Assembly: GCF_009834535.1 (NCBI RefSeq) | Contig: NC_045699.1 | Span: 40,486,001 to 40,550,000, forward strand | From: Camelus ferus | Taxonomy: Eukaryota | Direction: 5' to 3' | Length of the DNA: 64,000 bases | Part shown: positions 12,331 through 23,030 of the stretch, in pieces | Numbering within the stretch: the stretch's first letter is position 1 | Layout of the letters: each line of letters starts with the position of its first letter | Position numbers and translations under genes: made by a program | The notes under the pieces: generated by a model | Database searches by the model: none | Seen by the model: the letters and a program-made list of their open reading frames with translations, nothing else | Told to the model about the DNA's origin: nothing

Positions 12331-13067
12331 AGACATCTAGTGGGGAAGTTTCACGCTGACCTTTAATTCAAATTAACCTCCGCAGTGAAAGCTATCATAT
12401 TAACCTCAGCGATGAACCTTAACTCAGAAGTCCACCTCCACAATCTGTGAAAATATACTGACCTCAAGAAGCACACAGATCACCACTTTGCCTTTATCCA
12501 GGTCAGAATTCCGAAGTCACTTTTATTGCCTCCTAAGCTTTGTTGTCTAATTCCATCCTTGATGTTTTGTAAAATGACATTCAAGTATAATCATCTGTAA
12601 TTTGCATTTATGTAAGTGCTTCCATCTGAAGTTTTCTAATTTAAAAAGGTGACAGCATTTTACAAAATACACACAGAATTTTAAAACTGCCTTTAAAAAT
12701 ATCCTCAATGGATGTGCAATCCTCTTTTTTTTTGGTAAAAAATATTCTGTATGTACAAAGAGTATTTTTGAGTATGTTAGAGTAGGAAGATAAATTAGAC
12801 TCTTCTATTTGTCCAAATGTCAACTGACAAGTGGTAAAAATCACAAGTAATTATGCGAAATTAAACAATTACTAATGGAAAGGACTACAATGAAAAGGAA
12901 AGAAGTCATTTCTAATAATATAAATAACAATTATAACTGACTACCCTTTTTATTTTGAACACTGTACACAGAAAAACAAAACAGGTATGAGTTAATTAAC
13001 CATATAAACAAAATGGAAAATACAATTCTATTTCATCTTAAGTTACAGCTGAACACACTGGATGGAA

Positions 13068-13215
13068 NNNNNNNNNNNNNNNNNNNNNNNNNNNNNNNNN
13101 NNNNNNNNNNNNNNNNNNNNNNNNNNNNNNNNNNNNNNNNNNNNNNNNNNNNNNNNNNNNNNNNNNNNNNNNNNNNNNNNNNNNNNNNNNNNNNNNNNNN
13201 NNNNNNNNNNNNNNN
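13068..13215. other. Assembly gap (148 N)
   Basis: Run of n characters. Confidence 1.
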
Positions 13216-13774
13216 GTGGTAACGTCTTGTTTTTGTGATTCGGTGGTCATAAAATTCAGGTAAATCTTCGATGTGTTGATATTTCCATGGTTGCTTCAGC
13301 AAAGGGAAGGAAGAACTGAATTCCCACCACAGCAAGTCTTACCCTGCCCACAGAAGGCCAAGCCTTCAGAGGAAATAAAAAAGATCTTATAGTCACTTTG
13401 GAAGGATTTTCAAAAACTCATTAACAGCTTGGGGTGGCTTTAGGCTGGAATGTCACACCTATTCCGGTTCCTACACTCCAGAAGTAGAAAACCAAATGGT
13501 AATTTCCACATTTGTTGAAGCTCTTAGACACAAATATTCAGCTCATTAGGGCCGCTCGATTTGCAGGGATGCCCAGCACACACAGAGGGCCTCTGAATTA
13601 GAAAGGGTCTGAACTGCTGAGTCTGTTTTAATCCTGAACTGAAGTTCACATCTTCTCGCTCTCTGTCTCTCTTTTTTTTTTTGGTGCTTATTTCCATTTC
13701 AGCATTCAAGTCTAAATTATGGCTGGAAAAAAAATCCCAGACTTCTTCTGTTTTCTTCTCAAAAGAAATACAGA

Positions 13775-14170
13775 GTAGAATGATGGACCCTGGGATCAGA
13801 TCGCTGTGCTGTAATCCCACCACCATCCAGCATTAGCTGGGCATGACCTTGGGCAAGCTACTTAACATCTCTAAACCTCTGTTTGCTAATCTGTTAAATG
13901 GGGGTAACAACAGCACTTATTTTAGAAGGTTAAATGACAGAATGGATATAAAACACTTAAAGGCAGAGCCTAACACCCAAAGCTGCTACTTGTTTAAAAA
14001 GCAAAAGAAAAGAAAAATAGCACAGAAAAATGTAGAATGCAGTGAACATAATTACTAGATTTTGTGACCTTGGGCAAATCATTCACCTTTATTTACTCAA
14101 ATGTGAAACAACATTCTGGAGATCATCCTGGATGATGGCTCTCAATGAGTCCTCAAATTTGCAAACACCC
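13775..14170 (+). mobile_element. Two adjacent MIR-family SINEs
   Basis: Two cores: catgaccttgggcaagctacttaacatctctaaacctctgttt..ctgttaaatgggg and tgtgaccttgggcaaatcattcacc. Confidence 0.75.
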
Positions 14171-14584
14171 GTTAAAATTTCCTACAGAAAACCTGGACAA
14201 GAACTATCATTTCTTAGACTCCTTCACCTTCTCTGACTGCATCACAACTTGAACAGCTGACCTTCATTAAGGAGCATTATACACAGAGTGACAGTTGTTG
14301 CTGCATTTTTTTAAAATGGGCATTACTGCATAAATGACAAAGAATGGCAAAGTCACACTGAGCTGCTGTCAGCTGGGTGCACGTAGTGAGTGACTCATTC
14401 CCACAGAACAGCCTCTCCACACTTATGATTCAACTCATGGCTCAGCAAAATTACAAATTACTCCATGACACTGCCTTCTGAAAAATCCCTGATGGAGATT
14501 ACAAATCCTGTGTGTGGATCCTTCGGGGCCAGGGATCTACTGATTCTCCTTTGCTGAACACCCCTGTCCCTCTTGACCCCTTGG

Positions 14585-14800
14585 ATAAAATATCATAGTA
14601 TTTGCATATAACCTACGCACATCCTCCCGTATACTTTAAACCATCTCTAGATTACTTATAGTACCTAATACAGTATAAATACTACGTAAATAGTTGCCAG
14701 GGTAAAGCAAATTCAAGTTTTGCTTTGGAGAACTTTCTGGAGCTCTCCCCCAATATTTTCCATTGTCAGTTGGTTGTATCTGCTGATATGGAGGGTTGAA
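14585..14800 (+). mobile_element. MER2/Tigger-family MITE (5'-truncated)
   Basis: gtatttgcatataacctacgcacatcctcccgtatactttaaaccatctctagattacttat is nearly identical to recalled MER2 core. Confidence 0.85.
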
Positions 14801-14834
14801 TGGAATGAATCTCATAATAGCAAAGAGGGAGACT

Positions 14835-15020
14835 CTGAGCAATAGCTTGGGATCAAATCAGGCATCAATCATAACTGTCAATTCCAGCCCTGCGCCTTTA
14901 GGCTGGCCTCTCAACCTTCCTGAACCTCTGCTTCCTCACCTGTGAAATGGAGGAAATGGTTTATTTTATTTAGCCGGTTAGGAAAATTGTAACAGTTGTT
15001 AGTAAAATACCTAAAACAAG
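14835..15020 (+). mobile_element. MIR SINE
   Basis: ctcaaccttcctgaacctctgcttcctcacctgtgaaatggagg core. Confidence 0.75.
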
Positions 15021-16315
15021 TATTATAATTACTGTGAAATCTTGTGGTATCTCAAAATTACCATTAATAAATATTAATTATTTCAACAAATACTTATCTA
15101 CCATGTGTCAGAGCAATACACTAGACACTGATAAAGCAGAGAAGTTGTGTTAAATAAAATGTTCCAGATTGCAAGATATTAGATAAGTTTATTAAACTGT
15201 CATTATTGTATTTTAAGGTTTTACAAATGGATTTATTTTCATTATTAAATTTGCTCTTCTACAGTTAAAAGAGTTTTATTTTTAATCTCTATTATGGCAT
15301 TCACCAAGGCAATCAATGACTGTAAGGCATACTGCCTTTCCCAAAAACATTTGCTGGAAATGAGTTTCTCTTTTTGGTTTTGCTTCACTATAAGTTCTAT
15401 TTGCTTCCGACATGTTGCGGTTCCTTCTTCGATAGAACATTTAAATAATAAAGAAGGAGTATTTTCTCTTTTTCTTTTAAAGAACTCCATCTCTTTCTTG
15501 GCTGTACCAGTATAAATTTCATGTAAACATCCTTCTACTGAGTCCTTTGCTGATCATTTTCCTTTTCGTGTCTGTCGGCCAGGTCATAATGATCAGTGTC
15601 AATGACACTGCAGGTCAGAGTGGGATGTGTCATGGCACGACACACACCAAGCAGTTCCAAAGAGTGTGTTAAGTTTCAAAATATTCTCTGAAAGTATTAG
15701 GACCATTGGGATTTTAATGGCTGTTTACCTGAAAAATGGATCCCAGAACCAAAGTCAGGTAACTGTAGAGAATGATGTTTATAAAAAGTTACATAGACGG
15801 TCTGTTTTGCAGAACTCAGAACCTTTAATAAGACAACGGTGCTAGGAATCCGTAACTGCAGGGTCAGGTGGAGACACTACTGTATTTTCCAAACTGGTGA
15901 CCAAGGCAGCACTTCTCCCCAGATAAGCTGATAAGACTGGTGTTCTCATGAGTCACACTTTGAAAAACACTGACTAGAGATTGAGACACCCAACAACCAA
16001 GTAGGGACTGTTTTTACGCAAGCAAAACAACTAACTGACTGACTCGCCCCCACTCTGGCATAATAGGCTAATGCCTCCTTTATAGATTCACATCATCTTC
16101 ATTTCTGAGTCCACATTTTGCATGTGGTTCATTTCCTGATATTATGTCTCAGAAAAAAACATAATCATTTTAGCCCTTTGCAATGTCTGTGCTCCTACAA
16201 TCTTATTAACCAGAGGAGTGTGCTGCTGCTGGTTTGGAATTTTATTTTGTCTGACAACAGGAAAAACAGATCAAGAAGACTCCCCTGCTCAGCCTGGTAG
16301 ACTTTCAAACATGGG

Positions 16316-16418
16316 AAAAAAAAAAAAAGACGGAAGGAAGGAAGAGAAGGAGGGAGGGAGAGAGAGAAAGAAAAGAAAAAAAAGAAAGGAAAAGAAAAGA
16401 AAAGAAAGAAAAAAAAAA
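16316..16418. repeat. Polypurine/polypyrimidine low-complexity tract (A/GAAA/GGAA/GA)
   Basis: ~100 nt almost exclusively A and G on plus strand. Confidence 0.95.
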
Positions 16419-16866
16419 CCCCAAGTTCCTTATGGAAGGGAGGCCCAGAGGCACCCAGGAAGGTCAGGGTGTTACAGAGCCCTTCTGGGACATCCACCGG
16501 GAAACCTGACCACTGCAGCTGAACACACTGTGTTCAGGAGAACCGAACGTGAAAGGTTCACAATCTCAGAACTTTGCAGAAGAAAATGAGCTTCTTAAAA
16601 CACATGTTTAAGTATCTCTTTAACTCAGAGGGCAAGGGACACTGCCAATAGTAAGAATGTAAAAAGAATCAACAGCAATAATGCCTACTTGTCCTATGAA
16701 GAAGAGTAATGAGACATCTAGAATCTGAGCAGGAAGAAGGGACGGGAAGGAAGAAAGCCCACATCTCACTAGGTATTTGGGGGGAGGTAAATAGTAAGTT
16801 CCATAATTTGTCACTTTGAGGAAGGACCCAAATTTCAGAAAGATTATGGATAAGAATCAATTATAA

Positions 16867-18440
16867 AAGGTTACCTGGACCAGTGTTGAGAAATTGGTAA
16901 CTTTCTAGTGCAAGTATGACATAGTTTATAGTCTACATATGACACTTTTGAGTATGAAAAGAACTATTCAAGATAGTTAATGCTATATATATCTTTGAAA
17001 TATTATTTATTGACCAACACACAACAGTTTTATTATACTGGTATTATTAAAATGTTTCTAAACATAAAATTCTTCCTAAAAAATAAAACTTTCATATATC
17101 TATATAAAGAAAATAAAAGAGCAGGATCTTTCTTGATATGTCCATGTATTTTAGTTATGTTCTTATCCATATCTGTTTCTAACATCATATCCCTGACATT
17201 GTTCAGAAGACTGTATTTTTTTCAATATGCACATATTATATATTTAACTATTTCATAAAATTGCCTGCAATATTCCTCAAAATTGCATTAGCTATTTTAG
17301 GTTAATAAATGTGAAACTGTTAACATTTTCAATTGGGTCCTTCTTTATAGACCTTAATATTTTTAACTGAAAAATATTCTCTCTTTCAGGGGCTAAAATA
17401 CCTGGTAAGTCCAAAACAAATTCTGCTAAATGTTAAGATATTCTTTATTATTTTTTCAAATGCAAATTTGTAAATATTTCAACTCAAATATTTTCATAGG
17501 AACTATCTCATTTACCAGTTCTTAATATTATTCTTTCACAGATACTTCTAGGAGACAAAATTCAAGATTGGTAGATTATCAAGCTTGTCTGAACACAATT
17601 ATGATTTATGTGTGAGTCACAACTAATTGCAAGAACATTTCTGCTCCATAGGCTTCTTAATTTAATACATGTTCTACCATGTTACTGTGCACTATCAAGC
17701 ACTACATATCATTACCACAAAATATTTTTATTTTCAACATTTTTAAAGAAGTAAAAACATTTACTACAGTATTCAGAATGATAGATATTTCACTTTATTA
17801 AAATGAGCTATCAAAAGCTTCACCTTGATTCTATGAATTAAAAGAGGGGAAAGCTAAACCATCAATTGTTTGCAAAGATTTCCATCTGCTAAGGGAGTTA
17901 ACAGATTAATAGCTATTCTTTCTTTCTTTCTTTTTTTTTTTTTGTACCTGCAGAAGAAAAACTGGAATACAAAATGAACTAAATTAACTTGGAACGGAAG
18001 TCACTTGATCTAAGTGAAAAAGTCATACTTCAGAAGTAATATAAAATTGTAATTTCTGCAGCTACCCTTGCTGAAATGTCATCTTTGGGCACAATCTTCT
18101 GAAGGTAATAGCTAACTTTTGAAGTAGTTGCTGATACTTTTTCAGCAGATCTGTGTCTTTTCAATTTTGTATGGTTGATGATAAAACCTTGGCTACAATG
18201 ACAGATGCTGAATATCCACAAGCAGTTTTGTACAAGTTATACATTACCATTCACTTTCTTAAGAAACAAAAATTCAGTATTTTTTTTTTGTTGTTAAATA
18301 TACATCTGCAGGGTTTTTTTTTTTTAAGCTTATTGTGGCCAAAAGAATTTACTCCAAAATAAAACCATTATCAAACAATAAAACAAACAGTAATAAATTT
18401 AGACCAAACAATAGATGATAAAACCATTGAAACAAAAGCT
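16867..18440 (-). mobile_element. Zaphod-type (hAT-Tip100) DNA transposon, internally deleted, with decayed transposase
   Basis: Minus-strand pieces read RCIFN..TEFLFLKKVNG..CLWIFSICH..HTKLKRHRSAEKVSATTSKVSYYLQKIVPKDD..AAE (BED-finger region), KYDFS.RSSD..SKLI, IAINLLTPLA..LCKQL, IKVKLL..IFCGND, LRSLWSRNVLAISC.SHI.HNCVQTS, and HLAEFVLDLPG..APERE.IFQLKIL..CNFEEYCRQFYE (C-terminal hAT dimerization region), with stops and frameshifts; aaggttacc at 16867 resembles a Tip100 TIR. Confidence 0.85.
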
Positions 18441-19247
18441 TGCAGACCATCATGGCAAGACTGCTCAACCTTGATTTTCTACATACATTTCCCAAATACC
18501 CAACAACCTTCCACTGACCTTGCCCACTGAAGATTTGATGTGTTAGTGGACCTCACAGCTTACAGACCAGAGCACAGCAAGACTGGCTAATAACAAATGG
18601 GTGATAAAGGCAGCAGCAACATATCCTTGTCTATCACCCTAGACACTGGAAGGAATTGGCTGTCCCTAGTAACTCCTGTCCACGTTTATTCCACATTAGC
18701 AGTGAGTGCCCACATGCTGTCTTTGAAAGAGAGGTGCAGTTACACTGTATCTGGGAAGGATTTGGAAGAGTTGGAATATCTTTCTGACTTAACCAAGTGC
18801 TAAAGTGAGAAATCTGTTCAACTGCATGGGCAGGATTTGGAAATACAGAGTGAAAGTCTACCAAATCCATCCTGGCTTATTTTAATGCAGCTATTAACAA
18901 GAATGCTTCATTGAAAAATAAGTAACTGAAACAAATGCTAAACTGGTGGGATGCTGGGCCAAGAGGTGTAAATCACAAGTGTCTCAGGCACACTAGGACT
19001 CAGGGTCAACCTCTGTCTGGAGAAGACTTGGGCTGGGGAAACAAGGGAATAGTGAGCTGATGGTTTGTGGACCTGCTTGGTCTAGTACAAACAATCTTTT
19101 TAAAGCGGACAACCTCTAGAATTGAGAACAAGACAAGAGGCCATAACAAGTAAGCTCCTATCTGCCCCTCACTATTGTCAATAATCATGGGACGGAGCAT
19201 AATTCCTTATGGAAGTGAAGAATATTCTATGTCCTGTAATGCCAAAA

Positions 19248-19272
19248 CTACCTACCTACCTACATACCTACC
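19248..19272. repeat. (CTAC)n microsatellite
   Basis: ctacctacctacctacatacctacct. Confidence 0.9.
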
Positions 19273-19724
19273 TAATGAACTAAGTTATGTTAAAGAATAG
19301 AAACTGACCAGATTCATATTACCTGCCTGGCCCTGAAGAAATCTGATTTTGCACCCCACCCTCCACGCTCAACCCCCTGCAGAGTTTGGCTAATTCTTGC
19401 ATTCTTTTGTGTGACAATGAGGCTTATATACTCTGCATAAGAGGAACTGAGAATTACACTGAATCTGACTCCCACCAGCAGGCATTTTCTCAGCTTCCTG
19501 GTCAGGATCCCCTGAAAAATGTGCACCTGTGATTTCCAGCATTTTCCCCTCACCATCCCCTTAAATTATGTCCTAGAGCTGTGGTTACACTGAACCGTGA
19601 ATACTTGTGTTGTGAGTTCCAAACCACCCCAGTCTAACCAAAGGGGCCAGGGCGTGTGTTAGAGAGCAAACAGTACCACACGGTTTGGGTTGTTAAGGGT
19701 GGTCGTGATTATCACAAGGTGCGG

Positions 19725-19935
19725 AGCACAGTGAGTTACTACGGGCCTGTGGTTTTGGAGTCAAATGCTGGGTTTCACCCATGCTCCTATTTACTTACTT
19801 TGGGGCTTCTCTAAGCTTCAATTTTCTTAGCCCTAAATTGAGATAATGATACCTTCAGCATAGCACTGTCGTAAAGCTTAAATGTAACACTACACATGAA
19901 GCAGCACAGTAACAAACACACACTAAAGGTTCAGT
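19725..19935 (+). mobile_element. MIR SINE
   Basis: ggttttggagtcaaatgctgggttt..ctctaagcttcaattttctt..taaattgagataatgatacct. Confidence 0.7.
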
Positions 19936-21212
19936 ATAGAGCAGCAGCCTTTAGTATGTATTTCAGATATGACCCAATGGGAATTATGGTGAAATATCCT
20001 CAACACAGCCCTTTTCTTACGTACAGTGAGCCAACCCATTGAGGGGTTTCAACTTTGGGGAATATAAAATATAAAATAATTTCTATATACCAACATGTTA
20101 AATAGCGCTAACAGTTTGATATGTCAAGGAAATGCTATTTTAAACTCTTGTTTAAATTGTGGGTTATACATTTTTTATACAAAAATTACAGTGACCACTG
20201 GTGATTATTTTACAGTTAAAGTTGTTTTTCCAAAGAGCAGTATGTTGACTTTGTTAACATACAGTATTTTTTCTCCATAGGTAAACCTAAATCTTATTAT
20301 ACTGTATTCACCTCAATGTTGAGTTTTCAAAACATGCCAAGATCATAACTTAACTAAAACCTTTTCTAAGACACCCAAATAGATGTGCATGAAGATTTCA
20401 CCAGATATTGTATCTCCAGACACGCTCTTCCCCTTAAATTCTGATGAGATTTCTACGAAAAGCTGAGAGGCGACGTGGCATGGGTCATGAAATTAAACTA
20501 AACCAAATCCATCTTTATATAACTCCAGAGGACTGAGCATTTTCATTGCTTTTTCAGGAAGTAAAAATGCATATTGCCTCTTTTATGTGTTCTCAGCTAT
20601 GTATCTATTTTTGAAAATTTCATGTAATTTCTAAATTTAGCTCCTACTTCCTTTTTACTGTGCTGTCTGAGCTACATTCCAACTCTGATAACATTCTGAT
20701 CTTCACTCCAAGGAACCTCTATAGAAACTGAACTCTCAGGAGGAGGATAACGTGTCATTACCCTCTTCTGTGCTTGCCGATGGCAGCACAAGATGACCAC
20801 TTTCTTCCCTTCTGCAGTTTCCCAGGGCACCAGCTACATATTTTAAAATTCCCTTCACTTGGTGGCAGGAAACATCATCCTTTCTAGAGCTTCAGTATCT
20901 TTTATCAAAACAATCTCTTGCTAGGAAAATGAGTTAAAGGAAGAAACTCCTCTCTTTTAACCTAAGGCAGAAGACAGAGGGGGAGAGAAAACAGAAAGAA
21001 AGAACAATAAAGAAAGAGCTGGTGTGCTGGAATGAGGTTAAAAACAATGGTGTACATACGGATAGGAATTTCAGAATAGTTTATCTGGATGAGCTATCAT
21101 TCTATGAAAATGTTACTTTCTTTTTATTTTCTGTTCATTAGGATCAGGTTTAATAAGGATGAGTTATACAGAGATTTATAAATGTGGTATGAGGAGAAAA
21201 TGTCAAGTGATA

Positions 21213-21401
21213 CAGTCATTGCCCGTTATCTGTGGGGGGACTGGTTCCAGGAGTCCCTTGAATACCAGACGCCACGGATGCTCAAGTCGCTGATACAAAA
21301 CGGTGTAGTACAATGAAGAGAGCTGGCCCTCCATATCCACGGGTTTAGCACCCACGGTTTCTGCACCTGCAGATTTAACTGTGGATACGGAGGGCCTACT
21401 G
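21213..21401 (+). mobile_element. MER2/Tigger-family MITE, internally deleted, both termini present
   Basis: Starts TA|cagtcattgcccgttatctgtggggggactggttccagga..ggatgctcaagtc and ends ggatacggagggcctactg (MER2-type TIRs). Confidence 0.85.
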
Positions 21402-21734
21402 GATATTTAAAATGTTGGGCAGAAACAATCTGAGTGTGCAGCCAGTAAACGCAGCACAGGAGTCTACGTTTCTGGAAGAAATCATTAGTCACAAGTAGCA
21501 GCAGCCCTTAATTAAAAAGCTAACCCACAGAGCTGGTGAAGGAAGGCTGTGTAGGGGAGACTCAGTCTTCCAAGAATCCTATCCATCCTCTCATTTAAGC
21601 CTTTCCTAATTATTATCTTCTTGAGGCATTTACAGTCTTCATAAAACACTTGCTGGGCACCAAGCCACACACCGCCAGCTATGTAAGTGCTCTGTGTTTG
21701 TATGCATAGAATTCCCAACGATGCTGTAAGTTAC

Positions 21735-22080
21735 ATCATGTCAGGGACTGTCTAATATTTCTTACATTCTTACATTGTAGTATTTCTTACAATGCTAGGG
21801 CCACTCAATAAATATTCTACAATGGAAATAAGCTTTCTTCCTCTCTGATCTATTTGTCCAGAAATGCGATCTAGCAAGACTGAGGATAAGAGGAAATAAT
21901 GACCAGTATCAGACAGAGGAAGCAGTCCTGCCTAGGAAGTTAGCATGTCTGGCAGGGCCTCTGGTTGATCTTGGACTAGTCTCTCTTAACCTGCATAGGT
22001 TAAGTACTGACTTCTGTAACTGAGTTGTTGAACTAGAGAGAGGCTGAGGTGCCTTGCCCTTATGATTATACATTCAAATA
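21735..22080 (+). mobile_element. L2 3' tail plus MIR3-like fragment
   Basis: cagggactgtct..cactcaataaatatt (L2 end); ttggactag..ctgtaactgagttgttgaactagagagaggctgaggt (MIR3-like). Confidence 0.5.
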
Positions 22081-22877
22081 TAAGCTGAGGTGAAATTAAA
22101 ATATTTAACCAATGGTATGGCACGGACACTGGTCAGACAGAACAGAGCAGGGCTCTGGGCTTCCCTTGTCTTGCCTCCCATCAACATTTTAGCTCCCGGA
22201 CCACAAAAAGGTCAGGAATGTCCCAGGTGCTGGGGTCACTCAAGGATCTTGGAGGCAGTGGCTATATTATAATTTGAAAAAACTTTTAACACCGGTAGAG
22301 TGAGTCATGGGTAAGGGCTGAATATCAACTCAAAGTATTATCTTTGAGTCATAAACGTGCTAATACTATTCGAAAGTTATTATCCTTATCTGATGGTGCA
22401 GAACTGCTTAGGAGCTGGTAATAAAGTGGGAATGGAAATTCCCACCACCTCCATCAATAATAGGTCTTTTTGATTCCACTTCTTTGCATACTTCTAACTC
22501 AACTTTTTTTTTTGAGCTAGCCATTCTATAACTCCCAGCTTTTCCTCAATAACATGAGTTCATCTTGCAATGAGGAGCCCAAACCATGCTCTGTTCCCTG
22601 CTTTGCTCAACAAACAAAGCCGTCACAAACAGATCTAACAACAACCTTGGTCTTACAGATGGGGGAAGTGTTATTTTTTGTTCACAATAAAATTCCCTAT
22701 GACCCGCAACAGCAGTAACAGTCCTGTCTGAGGACGGGAAGCCACTCTGGACACAGCTGCAGCTCATGGGAAGCCAGCAGCCCTGAGAGTCCAAGAGCAT
22801 GACACAGAATGGGCGGAGGGGTGATGTAACCCGTGCACTAAGCAGTACTAAGTAATCCTTAGTGGTACTGAGTATTA

Positions 22878-23030
22878 GTACTTGGCTAAACACTGGAATC
22901 ACCTGGGGAACTTTAAAAAACACCTATGTCTACATCCCACCCTTGGAGGTTCTGATTTAATTGGCCTGGGAAGTGACCAAGGCTTTATAATGCCCCCCCT
23001 AGGTGGCCTAACGTTCAGCCGTAACTGTCC
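22878..23030 (+). mobile_element. MER5 (MER5A1/B-like) MITE
   Basis: cactggaatcacctggggaactttaaaaaacacctatg..ggttctgatttaattggcctggg. Confidence 0.75.

Noticed and set aside
13068-13215. ORFs spanning the N gap
   Set aside because: Artefacts of unknown bases.
13046-16530. 15-mer cagctgaacacactg at 13046 and 16516
   Set aside because: About one or two exact 15-mer matches are expected by chance in 64 kb.
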